Below are positions 23,548 to 35,445 of a DNA stretch of 38,422 nt, piece by piece. Position 1 is the first letter of the stretch. Each line of letters starts with the position of its first letter. Under the pieces are notes generated by a model. The model searched no databases. It saw only the letters and a program-made list of their open reading frames with translations, and was not told where the DNA came from. The position numbers were made by a program, and so were the translations under genes. The stretch lies in NCBI GenBank assembly GCA_023231475.1, contig JALJEE010003212.1, positions 1 to 38,422 on the forward strand, given 5' to 3'. Origin of the DNA: Seison nebaliae. Taxonomy: Eukaryota.

Positions 23548-25590
23548 AAGTTTTTCTGAAAAATAAATATAAAAAAATGAAAATTAATGTAAGAAATAGA
23601 AAAAAAAGTTTGTCGTTAGAAGAAAGTTCCATTCTATTAATTTTATGTTTGTCTTTAGCAGTTTCCCACGGAAAAAAACAGTTTAACATATTCTAAATTA
23701 GGAATACGATCCAGCAAATAGTTTCAAAAAATTATTCTCAGTTTATCAACAAACATGCAAATGATCCGCGCATTGGAAAGAAGAACATAATTAAATTATT
23801 AGAATGTTATGTTGAAAGCTAATAGCATTATGCAGCGCACAGAATTCCAGTTAAATTTGATTGCATGTTATTTTGTGAAATTCCTTTTCTTTTCATCACT
23901 CTCATCATTATCACCATCATTATATTATACACCATTCTTAATATGATTACCAAAAAAATAGTTAGTTGGTTATAGTTAAGTAGAATTTAATCACCAGAGA
24001 TACCAAATGGATGATCATGTCAGTGTAAAGTAATTTTTGTTCTTTATGCAAAAGAAAATCTCCTTCGTCAACGATTTCACCATCAAATATCAAATAATTA
24101 TGGAAACGTATTGTCATCATATTATTGAGGAGAAACTTCAGAACTTATATAACGTTAAAAATACTTTTATATCAAATTAGTTAGTGAGGGAAAGAGAACT
24201 CTTAATGAATTTCTTCATATTAACTTAAATTTTCATTAAATTATAACGTTGTTTAATTTCCCAAAAACTTATATTTCTTACTTCAGTCGAAAAAGTCGAA
24301 GGACGGCCAATTTCCAATCAACTATTCTTTATCGATTCGAAATGATTAAGAGGATCTTATATTATTCCATTCTACCTAATCATTTAACAAATTCTTATAA
24401 TAAATTAATAAAATTAGTATTGTTAATTGAAGAATTGTAGAGAAATACGTTTCCTAACATTTTCTCCCAAATTAAAACCAATAAGGGTCGGCACTTTAGA
24501 TTGTAAGTCAATTTTCGACTTCAAAAAAGTGTCGACATTTTCGTCTTGTCTTACTCTCTTCCATTCTCCGTCAACAAATTTTTATTAATATAATTCTTTT
24601 AAAAGTTTTTCCTTCGAGAAAGAAAAATTGTATGAGAAGAAATTTTAGCGAAGAATGAGAACGAATGGAATATTAGAGATATTATAGAGGAATCAACTAA
24701 ATGAGAGAGTTGGAGGAAGAATATCGATTAATTGATATTTGATTGAAGGAATGACGAAGGATTATGTGCCTGATGAACTAGAAAATTTCAAGTTTTTTCA
24801 TTCTCTAGTTTATTAACAAATTATATTTTATTTCATAATATGAATTATAGGAGAACGACATTGGTGCTCAATTAGCGAGAGGCCTTTGTCTTTAAAAACT
24901 GTATTGCACATATCACTATCTCAATTCGTCGAGTACAATGAGATAATTCAATCTCCATTATTGTCAATAACACTCCGGATAAAATTTTCTTCTTGGAAAT
25001 TCGAGTGTTGGGTAGGAGGCTTCATCCATTCTCATGTATAGGAAAGCATGAAATATTCATTCAACATATTCATTGATTCATATGTTATTGAGGAAGTAAT
25101 GTAACTAATAAATCTGATGGAATACTGACCAATCCAAATTCATTTGAATATGTAAATTTAATTTCTGCATCTGATATCCTCAATCTTCTCTTATTAAACA
25201 TTGAATTTTATTCATAACATTCATTTTCTTCTTCTACGGCCATTCTTCCGTCGGTCATAAACTCACACATTTATTGGAATTGTTCAAATATGTTTATAAG
25301 AGACATAACATTCTACAAAATGGCAAAATGCTCATTTCATCGGTTATGTGAATAAAAAGCACATTTGCTTTTAATCTGTTCGATTCATTCGTTCCATTTC
25401 CATCTAAAGTAATTTCATTTCGTGTCCAGAAGGATACTCTCTCGTGATTTTTATTCTCGTCATTTATGTATCATGAAAAAACAAACCGATTTTCTAAAGA
25501 TCTTTTATCAAACCATTAAAAATAACAGATAACGGTTCTCATTACATCTTTTTCAATAGTTCTTCCGAAAAATTTTGTGTGAAATAATCA

Positions 25591-25909
25591 ATGAGCAAAA
25601 AGGGAAATCAATCGTCAATTCAACATCAGCCATCAATCGTTGTTGATGATGAAAGAAGCAACATGAATCATCAGTTTGTTTCTTGTTCTTCAACTTTCAA
25701 TTCTTCAACTTTTTTACTTATTTAGGAAAATATCGTTAGGTTCGACAAATAAAACTAATTTTAACAAATCTATTGAGGAGCATTTGGAAAAGAAAAAGAA
25801 ATTGGTGAATCAATCGTCGTTAATGGAACCAATAGAAAACTTAAATTTTTATCGAACTGAATCTTTTCCTCAAAATAGTGAATGTCAGCTGCGAAGGAAA
25901 GAAGAATAA
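25591..25909 (+). CDS. Putative 88-aa hydrophilic orphan protein (2 exons)
   Basis: ATG at 25591. A T-rich 52-nt GTTTGT...TTTAG intron (25674-25725) joins the two exons in frame: MSKKGNQSSIQHQPSIVVDDERSNMNHQKISLGST...QLRRKEE*. AATAAA overlaps the stop. Confidence 0.5.
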
Positions 25910-26337
25910 AATATCGTTTTTTTTTATTTATTTTATTTACATTTTATAAACAATTCAATTCTATCAACATCATAATATATGAATGGAATGATCCCTAAAA
26001 GAATGGGAAAAAATAAATTATTTTCAATTAATTTTATTCGAGTTGAAAATGAATAGAAATTCCATTTTTCAAATAACAGGTGTAGTTGTTCTCGATAAAT
26101 TTGAATCGATAGGAAATAAATGAATAGTGAGAGAGAATTAAATGGAAAGGGGAAAAATTCGTTTTTCTTTCAGAGAAATTTTAATATAAATTCACAAGTT
26201 TGTTTTCTCTTTCATACGAAAAATTTCAGTTTCTTTCAATTTCTTTTTGATATAATTCTCTTACTACACGCCAATCGATTAAGATGATTTGATTCTGATT
26301 ATTGCTTTAATATAATAATTAATAAACTATCGTCTGT

Positions 26338-28383
26338 TCAGTGTTTGAGGAAAGCTTCGGGTGGAATATCGTTATTTTTCCTTGCACATTCGAATGCTTC
26401 AAATGATTGTTCGAAATTCCAATTACATTCCTCCAAACATTTCTCTACATACTCCAAAGTCATTCCAGTCATACGTTGTAATTTCAAAATATTTAAATTT
26501 TTCATTTCCGAACTATCACTCGGTTGTACCGTTATTGTCGTCGCTGATTTGAGCCATTCATCGTCATTCCAAACTTCCTGAATTTGATTACGATATCGAC
26601 AATATTGTTGATGTGATGCATTAAACATTGTGAATTGTTGAGAGATGATAAAGAACTGATCGTTCTGGTAAACTAAATTAAAAACGGACGAAAAAGAACG
26701 AATTAATGGTTTGCCTGATGGTCGATCTGGATGAGATTTATCAGATGATGAACGATCACCTCCAAAATCCACCATTACACCAGTAACGTTAACGATGTAG
26801 AATTGTTTCGATAGAATAATAATTTTCAATTGTAGACTTGACTGGATATGTCGAAATGTGGGAAGAGTTTGTAAGAAATTGATAATCTTCTCCTTTCCAT
26901 GACTCAATGTTTGTCTTTTATATTCTAACGATTTTTTAGCCGCATTGAAAAAGACGATATTTCTTGTTTGTCGTAAATCGAATGGTAATCGATCATCGTT
27001 ATATTTGAATCGATGTTCTGGTATCATACAACTCATGGTATACAATGCACCATCTACATAAAATTCACTTAACGATGATCGACTGGACACATGTTCGAAA
27101 CGGAAGATATATTCTTCAATTCTGGAAATTATATGGTTCTTAACATTCTCATAAGTTGCTTGATCGGGGAAATCTTGTCGACATGTCCTCGAAGTGAAAT
27201 CGAAAGGAATGACATGTAAATTCTCTTCCACTCGATCAGGAATTCGAATTTCATTGATATTCAATTTCTTTTCGTTTACATCGTCACCAATCGAAATTAT
27301 TGGTGCAATTTCCATTGAATTAATTGACAATAATTGAGGGATCTGTTTCTGCATATCACTAATAAATGCTTCACCTGCATCTTGTTTCTGATATCGATTA
27401 AATATTGGATTTCCAAATAAAACGAGTTGTCTCAATGACGTCAAAGATTTCAATGATTTGAATTGTTCGATTTGTTCTAATGAATTCGTTTGTAAATCCA
27501 GATCTCGCAAACTAACCAATTTACAATCTTTAAAACCATATAACATTCTCATTCGATTGGACGCAAGACTGAGTTGTTGTAGATCGGGTAGATTATCTGA
27601 AAGGATTTTCAGTACCAATCTCAAATAATATTCCGTTGCCAAATTGACATAAATACCTTGAACATTCAATTCTGGATCACAATTTAATGCAGATAAATCC
27701 ATGAAATTCCTTTCCTTATCATATCGGTTAGCTAATGCATTCTTGATATAAACATCTTCTTCTTTTGCCACATAATGTGAAGGCACTTCATCAATATATC
27801 TCTTATTAATCGTTAATCCAACTGTGATATTACCAATCCTTATTTTATGTCGATTCATTTCCAATAATTTTACCGTTTCACTATCACGCACGAAAAATTC
27901 ATGTTGCCCATTATCACAAATACGATATCGATACATTGTGAAAATGTTACGCATATCTCCAAGAAACGGTTTGAATGCCGTTCTAATCATCTCTTTCGTG
28001 GTATTGGAATTGATCTTTCTCAAAATTATTCGATACCAATCCGGAGTCATCTTGAAATATTCTTCGACAGTTTTCGGCATTTCAAATTCTTTTTTATCTA
28101 CTATCATTCCATTCTGTCTATTATGTCTCCCTCTGTTCAAACTGAAGGATGTTGGCGGCGGTTGATATCGCGATCTCATCCATCTTCCTTGTCCTGGTCG
28201 ATCTCTATCTCTATCTCGTTCACGATCTCGATTCTTATAAGAAGAAGAGAAAGAGGAATATGATCGACCATCTTCTTTATTATCACTTAAACGATTGTTT
28301 GGATTTTTATTATTGAATAAAGATCGGAATTGTCTGATACCACTCGAATTCCTGTTCCATGATAAACCATCTTTGGTTGACAT
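26338..28383 (-). CDS. NXF1: Nuclear RNA export factor 1 (TAP/Mex67 family: RRM, LRR, NTF2-like, UBA/TAP-C), intronless ORF
   Basis: WYRIILR; NRYDKERNFMDLSAL; LRR LQQLSLASNRM...LDLQTNSL...LVLFGNP; NTF2-like RNI..., IINFLQTLP, RSFSSVF; TAP-C TGMTLEYVEKCLEECNWNFEQSFEAF...IPPEAF. Confidence 0.93.
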   Translation of the reverse strand: MSTKDGLSWNRNSSGIRQFRSLFNNKNPNNRLSDNKEDGRSYSSFSSSYKNRDRERDRDRDRPGQGRWMRSRYQPPPTSFSLNRGRHNRQNGMIVDKKEFEMPKTVEEYFKMTPDWYRIILRKINSNTTKEMIRTAFKPFLGDMRNIFTMYRYRICDNGQHEFFVRDSETVKLLEMNRHKIRIGNITVGLTINKRYIDEVPSHYVAKEEDVYIKNALANRYDKERNFMDLSALNCDPELNVQGIYVNLATEYYLRLVLKILSDNLPDLQQLSLASNRMRMLYGFKDCKLVSLRDLDLQTNSLEQIEQFKSLKSLTSLRQLVLFGNPIFNRYQKQDAGEAFISDMQKQIPQLLSINSMEIAPIISIGDDVNEKKLNINEIRIPDRVEENLHVIPFDFTSRTCRQDFPDQATYENVKNHIISRIEEYIFRFEHVSSRSSLSEFYVDGALYTMSCMIPEHRFKYNDDRLPFDLRQTRNIVFFNAAKKSLEYKRQTLSHGKEKIINFLQTLPTFRHIQSSLQLKIIILSKQFYIVNVTGVMVDFGGDRSSSDKSHPDRPSGKPLIRSFSSVFNLVYQNDQFFIISQQFTMFNASHQQYCRYRNQIQEVWNDDEWLKSATTITVQPSDSSEMKNLNILKLQRMTGMTLEYVEKCLEECNWNFEQSFEAFECARKNNDIPPEAFLKH

Positions 28384-29120
28384 ATTCCGTTTTTTCGATT
28401 ATTCGTCAAAATATTTCAATTTTTTTAAAATATTTATTTGGTAATATTCTTTTCTTGATATTCTTGGTCCGATTTGACAAATTATTTGTTTCCTTAATTG
28501 TTCGTTTGCTTATGAAGGTGATGATGGAATAATATTCAATTTATATCTCTTAATTATTTAGCGAATAACCAGAGAATAAAATGTTTAATCGCGTTTAATT
28601 AGATGGAGAAGAGGATGGACATTAGACGAATTCACTCTTTTCTCTCTCTTTTCAGAATAAATCTAATTTTTTTTTCTTTTTTTCTCTGCAAACTAATCAA
28701 TACAATATTTTTTGTTAATAGAATTATATAAAACAAATAAGATTTTGAAATGTCGTTCTAAACACTTTCTCTTTTCACCTGTCCCTCTCTCACTCATTCA
28801 CATATGATGTTCACTTGTTTTCCTCTCTCAAACTATTTCCCGTATAATAATAATAATAAACTATCTCAATATAATCTTCATTTTCAACCTACCAACTCGT
28901 CGTCGACAACTACATATGGTTTTGAGATAATAATAACAACGATCATGAATGATGTGAAGTTTAATGACATTGCCATTTGACTCCGAAGCAATTATTATGA
29001 TATTCTTCGTCTTCTAAATGATCTCTTCAGTGATTGCAATTGCAAGAAATGCTGATGTTTCACATGATCCCAATCAAAACCTGTATATCTGGCAATTTCG
29101 CCCGTGAACCGCACCGACAC

Positions 29121-29152
29121 AGAGAGAGAGAGAGAGAGAAAGAGAGAGAAAG
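29121..29152. repeat. (AG)n microsatellite between the divergent NXF1 and DRAP1 genes
   Basis: agagagagagagagagagaaagagagagaaag. Confidence 0.9.
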
Positions 29153-29978
29153 TGATTGCATTCCCTTTCAAATAATCTAAAAGAAGAATTACATTTCATT
29201 CTCTATTGTGTCGAAAGATAGAAGATACACAATTAATAGTAATGGAGAAATGATGAAAAAAAGGAAATTTTAAGATGAGAAATGAGACTAACTGTTGACG
29301 GGATGGAGGAGTCGTCTCCAAGAACGAATGGATAATAAAATGCTCACTCTCTAATTCACGACGATCTCAATTCACCAAATTGGTGAATAAAGATCTCATG
29401 CCCATTACATGATCACTAGTGAAACAAATGTGAAAATTGAAAAAAGAGAATGTATTCTCCCAACACTTACATGCAAAACACTTACACACATTGAGCGATG
29501 GCTGTGGACGGAGAAAAGAACTGTTATTTATAAACAACTTTATAAGCCTAACTAATCGTCTATCGATTTTCATAGATGATTCATTCATCATTTTTCATCA
29601 TCTCATTCTTCCTCCAACAATAATAGATAAATTTACATTTTCGAAATTCGAATTTCCAACAACAACATGAAAAGCTTACACATTAAGAATGTGTGTATAT
29701 TGTGCAGATTTTTGTCGTATGTGTCGAATTGTTTACTTCTATAAAAGCGAAGGCATTTTTTTTCATTTGATATGGTATTTTTATTATTTCTTCTACAAAG
29801 CTTGATTTTATGTATGTTTATTATTTCCACGCCAATTAGTCATCGTTAAGCTTACTCTTATTCGACGTTGGTAACGAAGTGAAAATAAGGGAAAATCTTC
29901 TAATTTTCTATTTTTCAAAAGTTAGTCTTTATATTTATATTAAATATTTATTTATTATCTTTCTCCATCATAATCGTC

Positions 29979-30458
29979 ATGTCAACTACCACATCAAAAG
30001 GAGAAAAGGAAGACAAAATGCCTTTGAAAAAACGGGAGAATGTTAAATTTCCACCAGTTTCCATTTTCATTATCTTCTCTCTAAAAAAACTTCTTAAAAG
30101 ACGAGAATAAAACGAATTATGAAATTGGATGAAGAAGTTGGTAAAGTATCGGCATCCGTTCCAGCAGTAGTCTGTTAATTATTTTCTCTAATTCATATTC
30201 CTTTATTTCATCATTCATTAGCAAGCGCACTTGAACAATTTGTCCATTCTTTAATATCTGATTCAGCTCGTGTCACTTTATCAAAAGATGCACGAACAAT
30301 GCAAACTGTCCATTTGTTTCAATTTTGATTTACTCTTTTTTATTATAAAGTCAATACTATCTGATAGGGCAGAAGTTATTCAAGGAACTGACCGTTATGG
30401 ATTCTTAAAACGATCTGTTGAAACTATGCCAACGAAAGGAAATAAATCTTCAAGATAA
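29979..30458 (+). CDS. DRAP1: Dr1-associated corepressor / NC2 alpha (histone fold), 4 exons; not represented correctly in the ORF track
   Basis: Spliced sequence MPLKKRENVKFPP|TRIKRIMKLDEEVGKVSASVPAVVS|SALEQFV...ARTMQTVHL|AEVIQGTDRYGFLKRSVETMP matches DRAP1. Introns at 30057-30100, 30174-30221 and 30316-30367. Confidence 0.9.
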
Positions 30459-30808
30459 ATCGATCTCGGCAATCATCCAATCTGTACAGTTTATCAAATT
30501 TCATTTGAATTATAAAACATTTAATATCAATTAATCTTCTAATGAAATAGAAAAAAATTCTGATTGAAGATAAAATTCTCGAAATGATATTAATATTTTC
30601 TTCTTTTTCAATCAATCCATTCACATAATTTATATTCTAATCGAGAATTTATTTAAAATGAAAACTTGTCACTCGATATGAAATTTATGTGGAAAGAAGA
30701 AGAGATGAAACAAATTAACTATTTCTCTTTTCTTTCAGAAAATAATTCAAGAAATTTATTAAAATATAAAATGTTTTACAAATGAAATCTTCTTTTCTTA
30801 TCTTCTAT

Positions 30809-31488
30809 TTAAACGACCAATCGATAAGTAATATAACGTCCTGCTGTCTCCGAACTCCTTATTATCTTTACAACATCTCCTCGATTCAATCCATAATATT
30901 TCGCTACTGGATCGACTGCTTGAATTTTTGGCAATTGTGATTCTTTTAATTTATATTTTTTCAATAATTCCGTTTTCTGGTCATTCATCAATTTGATATG
31001 TCGAGGAACTAATTCGTGCTCCGTAATGTTGATAAGTAATTCACATTCGAGAAAATGTTCGAGGATATAATTGGGAGCTTGTGCATTCAATGCATTCTTT
31101 GCATGAGATGTCAATCCTTTCTGTGTTATGAGAATACATCTGGGAATACTCGCTTTCTGCATTTTAGAGAAATATTTTTCATTAATTTCTTTCACTCCCA
31201 ATTTACCTTCTTGAGCTACGAAGAAGATATACATCTGATCATTCTTATTCAAAGTGTGAGAGACAGCAATTGTCATTTCATCGCGATTAGGAATTTGTCC
31301 TTCTTGAGCCGATTGCGCTTTGAACTACTGAAAAGTTAAAGAGGAAATTCTCTCAGAAAAATTTGAACTTCATGTAAAGTCTGATCTAATTCTTGTTGTG
31401 TGACAACATATCCTCGATCATGACATAACTGCAATGCCGTTTTCTTAATTCGCCACAGCATATGAATCATTTCGTCATCGTCATTCAT
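30809..31488 (-). CDS. POLR2E: RNA polymerase I/II/III common subunit RPB5 (2 exons)
   Basis: [83 protein letters not shown]. Intron at 31325-31368. Confidence 0.96.
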
Positions 31489-31686
31489 TATTGATGGAAA
31501 TTTTCACAAATTTCTCGATTCCCAAAAATTCTTCGAAAATTCTCTCTTACAGCTAAAAATTTGACGTTTATTAATTGAATTTGTGAAAATGACGGTATTT
31601 CTTATGTTAAACGGACAATTTAAATGTTCCACGTTTTTCTTTATTTCATTCTGGAATATCATTTGAAATTAAAGGATTATCAAAAG
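31489..31686. promoter_or_regulatory. Probable bidirectional promoter shared by POLR2E and EIF3K
   Basis: Only ~200 bp separate the divergent start codons of two housekeeping genes. Confidence 0.55.
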
Positions 31687-32769
31687 ATGTCGGAGACAAA
31701 TAAGACGAGTAATGAGAATGTGGTTGAAAAGAAAGTATGTCGAACGAAAGCTGATTTCCAAAAGTTGTTGCACATTCGATTCATTGAAAAATATAATCCA
31801 CAACATGTCACTACATTGACCGAATATCTCTCTTTCCAATTTACAAATGATGAATATGATGTTGATGCGAATATGTCACTTCTCCGATTTTACACTTACG
31901 AATATAAGAAATATCGGGATACGGTAGGGACGTCTGTTGTCGTTTCGATGATTTTATTGAAAGCGTTGACTGCTCTACCTCGTCCTGATTTCACTTTATG
32001 TAAATTCTGGATGGCACCACATTGGTATGATAATTATGATGTGAAAGCGGTAGTAGAATATGGGAAATTATTGGACGAATGTCAATTCATTCGATTTTGG
32101 AATCGTCACCTCGCTATTCAAGATATTAAAGAAGAAGAAATTAATGAAGTAGCAAAAAGTCGATACTTTTCCGATTATGAAATAAGACAAGATTTCAGAT
32201 CAGAATATGACCGTTTATGTGAGAAGAATGATCAATTATCTCCGAAAGAACTCCAGGAACATGTTCAGATTATAAAAGAGAAATATGGAGAAGTTGAATT
32301 TGATTTCAATCCGAAAGAACCGTTAATACATCTTATCAATCGATTGGAACAATTGAAATCACAACAAGCGATCGATCAAGCTCGAGAAGAACGTGAAGAT
32401 GAGGACGAACGATGGAAAAAATTATCTGGAAAAATTAAGAATTTCGACGATAAAGTTCGTCGAATTGTTTGTTTATCTGTTCATCGAACTTTCCGTCGAA
32501 TACGAGAAGGAGAACTAAAGGAATTGTTAGGTAATACTTGCACTGATGCAATGCTGAAGAAATTGTATGACACGTACAAATGGAATGTCACTTTAGAAAT
32601 GAAGGATGAGGAAGAAGTGAGAATGGTAAATGTTTGCCAATATCAGGAAACGATTAAAAGTCGAAAAATGCAGAATAATGTTAAAATCGAAAATTTGTCG
32701 AAGATTTTTGTGAAAGGTATGAATCAAAGTGAGAACGTTCCGAAATCATTAACCACTGAAACAAATTAG
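31687..32769 (+). CDS. EIF3K: Eukaryotic translation initiation factor 3 subunit K with a large charged insertion; single exon
   Basis: IEKYNPQHVTTLTEY, YDVDANMSLLRFY, ILLKALTALPRPDFTLCK, LLDECQFIRFW and IKNFDDKVRRIVC match eIF3k. Start taken at MSETNK (31687); an upstream in-frame ATG exists at 31624. Confidence 0.85.
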   Translation: MSETNKTSNENVVEKKVCRTKADFQKLLHIRFIEKYNPQHVTTLTEYLSFQFTNDEYDVDANMSLLRFYTYEYKKYRDTVGTSVVVSMILLKALTALPRPDFTLCKFWMAPHWYDNYDVKAVVEYGKLLDECQFIRFWNRHLAIQDIKEEEINEVAKSRYFSDYEIRQDFRSEYDRLCEKNDQLSPKELQEHVQIIKEKYGEVEFDFNPKEPLIHLINRLEQLKSQQAIDQAREEREDEDERWKKLSGKIKNFDDKVRRIVCLSVHRTFRRIREGELKELLGNTCTDAMLKKLYDTYKWNVTLEMKDEEEVRMVNVCQYQETIKSRKMQNNVKIENLSKIFVKGMNQSENVPKSLTTETN

Positions 32770-32916
32770 AAATTATAAAAAATTTCTTTAAGTTTTCTCC
32801 CGAAAAAAGTTTGATGGAAAAAAAAACGAACAATATTTTTATTTATAAATTGATCCATAAAAATAAATTATTCTGTCAAATAATTTTTTATTGTTTGTCA
32901 TTCTCATTAAATCAAT

Positions 32917-34335
32917 TTAACCGTTACTCAATAGAATACTCGTTCTTCGATTAGTCCGACCTTTATTTCCAGTCAATGATGAACGTTTACTATTCTCACT
33001 ATGACTGTGACTTACGTTACCATGGTGATATTGAGTAGCTTGTAATGCTTGTCCATATATCAGTGACGTAATATTGTCATCTTCTGGAACTTTAATTATT
33101 CCTGATTTCAATGCACTATATACCGCACTACAACATTCTAATCGGTTAGTAATTGTAATTGCGAAATTTTTATCGATTTTTTGATGGTCAATGAAAAAAT
33201 TATCTGAACGATTAATTGAAGGTAATTGATTGTTCTTTTCATTTTGTTTTGCTTTCGAATTTCTTCTGGCATTCCGTCGTTCATTTGCTTGTTCTGTTCG
33301 ACTCGTATTGTTGTTAGAGGAAGAAGGATGATTTCCGTCGGATGTGGAATTTGCATCTATCTCATTTAGTTGCTCAATCTCATAATATTTATTAGAGTAA
33401 CTACTACAAATTGATTGAATTCCACTCAACCGATTCAATTCATAAAACTGATAATCAGAAAATGATGTATTATCGATAGAACTTGGTAATTTACAAATAT
33501 CATTTCTCCATGCCTTCTTATCGAATCGAGTAACGATTCCGGTCGATTTTCTTTTACGACGGATAACTCTTAACGATTTCAAATTTAACGGAAAATCGAT
33601 TAATCGATAATTATTCTTCGAAGTCTTTTGTCGACTTTGTAGCTCTTCATCTTTCTGGAATTCAGGAAAAAATTGAGTAAAATTTGTTTGTTTGATTAGA
33701 GTGCGAACAGAATTACCATCAAAATTGGCAACATCTAAAAAATGATAAATCTTTTCGTATTGTTTATGGAAATCGATTAGATATTTGAAGAGTCTCTGTC
33801 TATCCAACGCCACACAATAATGAAGTGGAGTGTTTCCATAATTATCTTTGGCAGTTAGAAGAACTTGTTTTTTCTTGTGCATTTTTTTTTGAGTAACTAA
33901 ATGATTGTTATGCACCGTTAGATGATTAATATTCATTTCACTCAATAATTTCACTACGATATAATTATCAGTGATAATTGCATAGTGCAATACAGTTAAT
34001 CCAAAATTATCGGATAAAATCATCCTTTCCAACAGATTGGAGGACATCAACGAAAGTAATACAAATTGACAATCTTTATTGTTCTTGATTAAAGTTGATA
34101 AGATTAAGCAATTTCTTCCATCTTCAGTTTTTGATAAGACTCTTTCAATATCATTGGATGCTATAATACTCGGAACCTAAAAATAGAAAATTTCAATAAT
34201 TTCATATAATTTATTAACTGCATCAAAATATCCCTTCTGTATCACATCAATTAATCGATAACGAGAACTGTTAATGATCAGATCAATCTGCGTATCGAAT
34301 TGCCGAACACGTCTCTTGACCGATAATTGCGACAT
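32917..34335 (-). CDS. Ankyrin-repeat protein with a low-complexity C-terminal half (2 exons)
   Basis: Ankyrin motifs EDGRNCLILS, DNFGLTVLHYA, KDNYGNTPLHYC and ANFDGNS. A 42-nt intron at 34177-34218 extends the ORF to an ATG at 34335. Confidence 0.8.
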
Positions 34336-35445
34336 TGGATTCAAATAGAGTTAATTTCTTTTATAATTCCTTCTACGATTAATTAAAGAAATTCTTCCAA
34401 TACAAATCGAAGAGAAACTATAGAAAATGGCAAGTTCGGATTTGTTGTTTTTTGTGGGAGAATAAAGATTTATAAATATGTGAATTTCTATGTTACTCAG
34501 TTAACGAAGAGAAAGAAAGTCAATATAGTTGCTGAATAAAAAGAAGAAATTTTTCGTCGGGAAACATCCTTCAAAATTTTCAGTTTCATTTCTTCGACTT
34601 TAGTAATTTTCTGTATAACTCGGTATATGACATCAATTTCACATATTTCTACATAAATCGGAAGTTCTTTGTTCTTAAAAAAAATTAGAAAAATTAGATG
34701 AATAAATTTGCGAAAGTTTCTTTAAGCTCCATTCGGAATAAAAGTAACTGTTATTATAATCTGATTAATTCTACAAATCGCGAACTTTTTTTTGATTTCA
34801 ATTATTTAGTGACCAAAACTAAAAAAATGTCAATTAATCTTATTTTTCCATAGTCAACATATTGAAATGACAACAATTTCACTGGAAATTTTCTTCATTC
34901 TCATAAGTACTCTCATGTTAATGAAAATAATAGAAGTTGTGTCCATGTTCAAAATATATATATGAGAATAATTGAAGGTATTTAGTTTGAAGTTTATAAA
35001 ATTTCCATCATTCAGCAATACATAAAAGTTCGCTAACCAATAGTTTTAAACTTTTCGTAAATGGTTCATAACTTTTCGGAGAATAGTCTATTTTAATCTG
35101 ATTCATTGTCTGAATAATGTAAATCGTTGACCATTGGAGTATATTGGATAGTATGTATAATGATTAATTGTATATATTTTCAATAATTGAAAAGCAAGCA
35201 ATATTTTATTTTTCAAGAATCATTATAGTACTGTTAAATATTCGAAGAAAATTAATATTTTTGGAAAAAAGGAATAATTTCTGATGAATAATATTATTGT
35301 GAAACAAAAATTTAATTAAATTATTCAAAAGAAATGTCAACAAACAAACAAATTCAATTTTTTTGTACTTTCGTAATCGAAAGAAGTGAATTTCAGAAAT
35401 AAAATTATTGTAGTTTATAGTATAACAAATGATTTAATTTGATAT

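Noticed and set aside
26345..28263. Antisense and nested ORFs over NXF1 (likewise over ZO-1, RPB5 and the mucin gene)
   Set aside because: These are shadow frames of real coding sequence with no independent coding signal.
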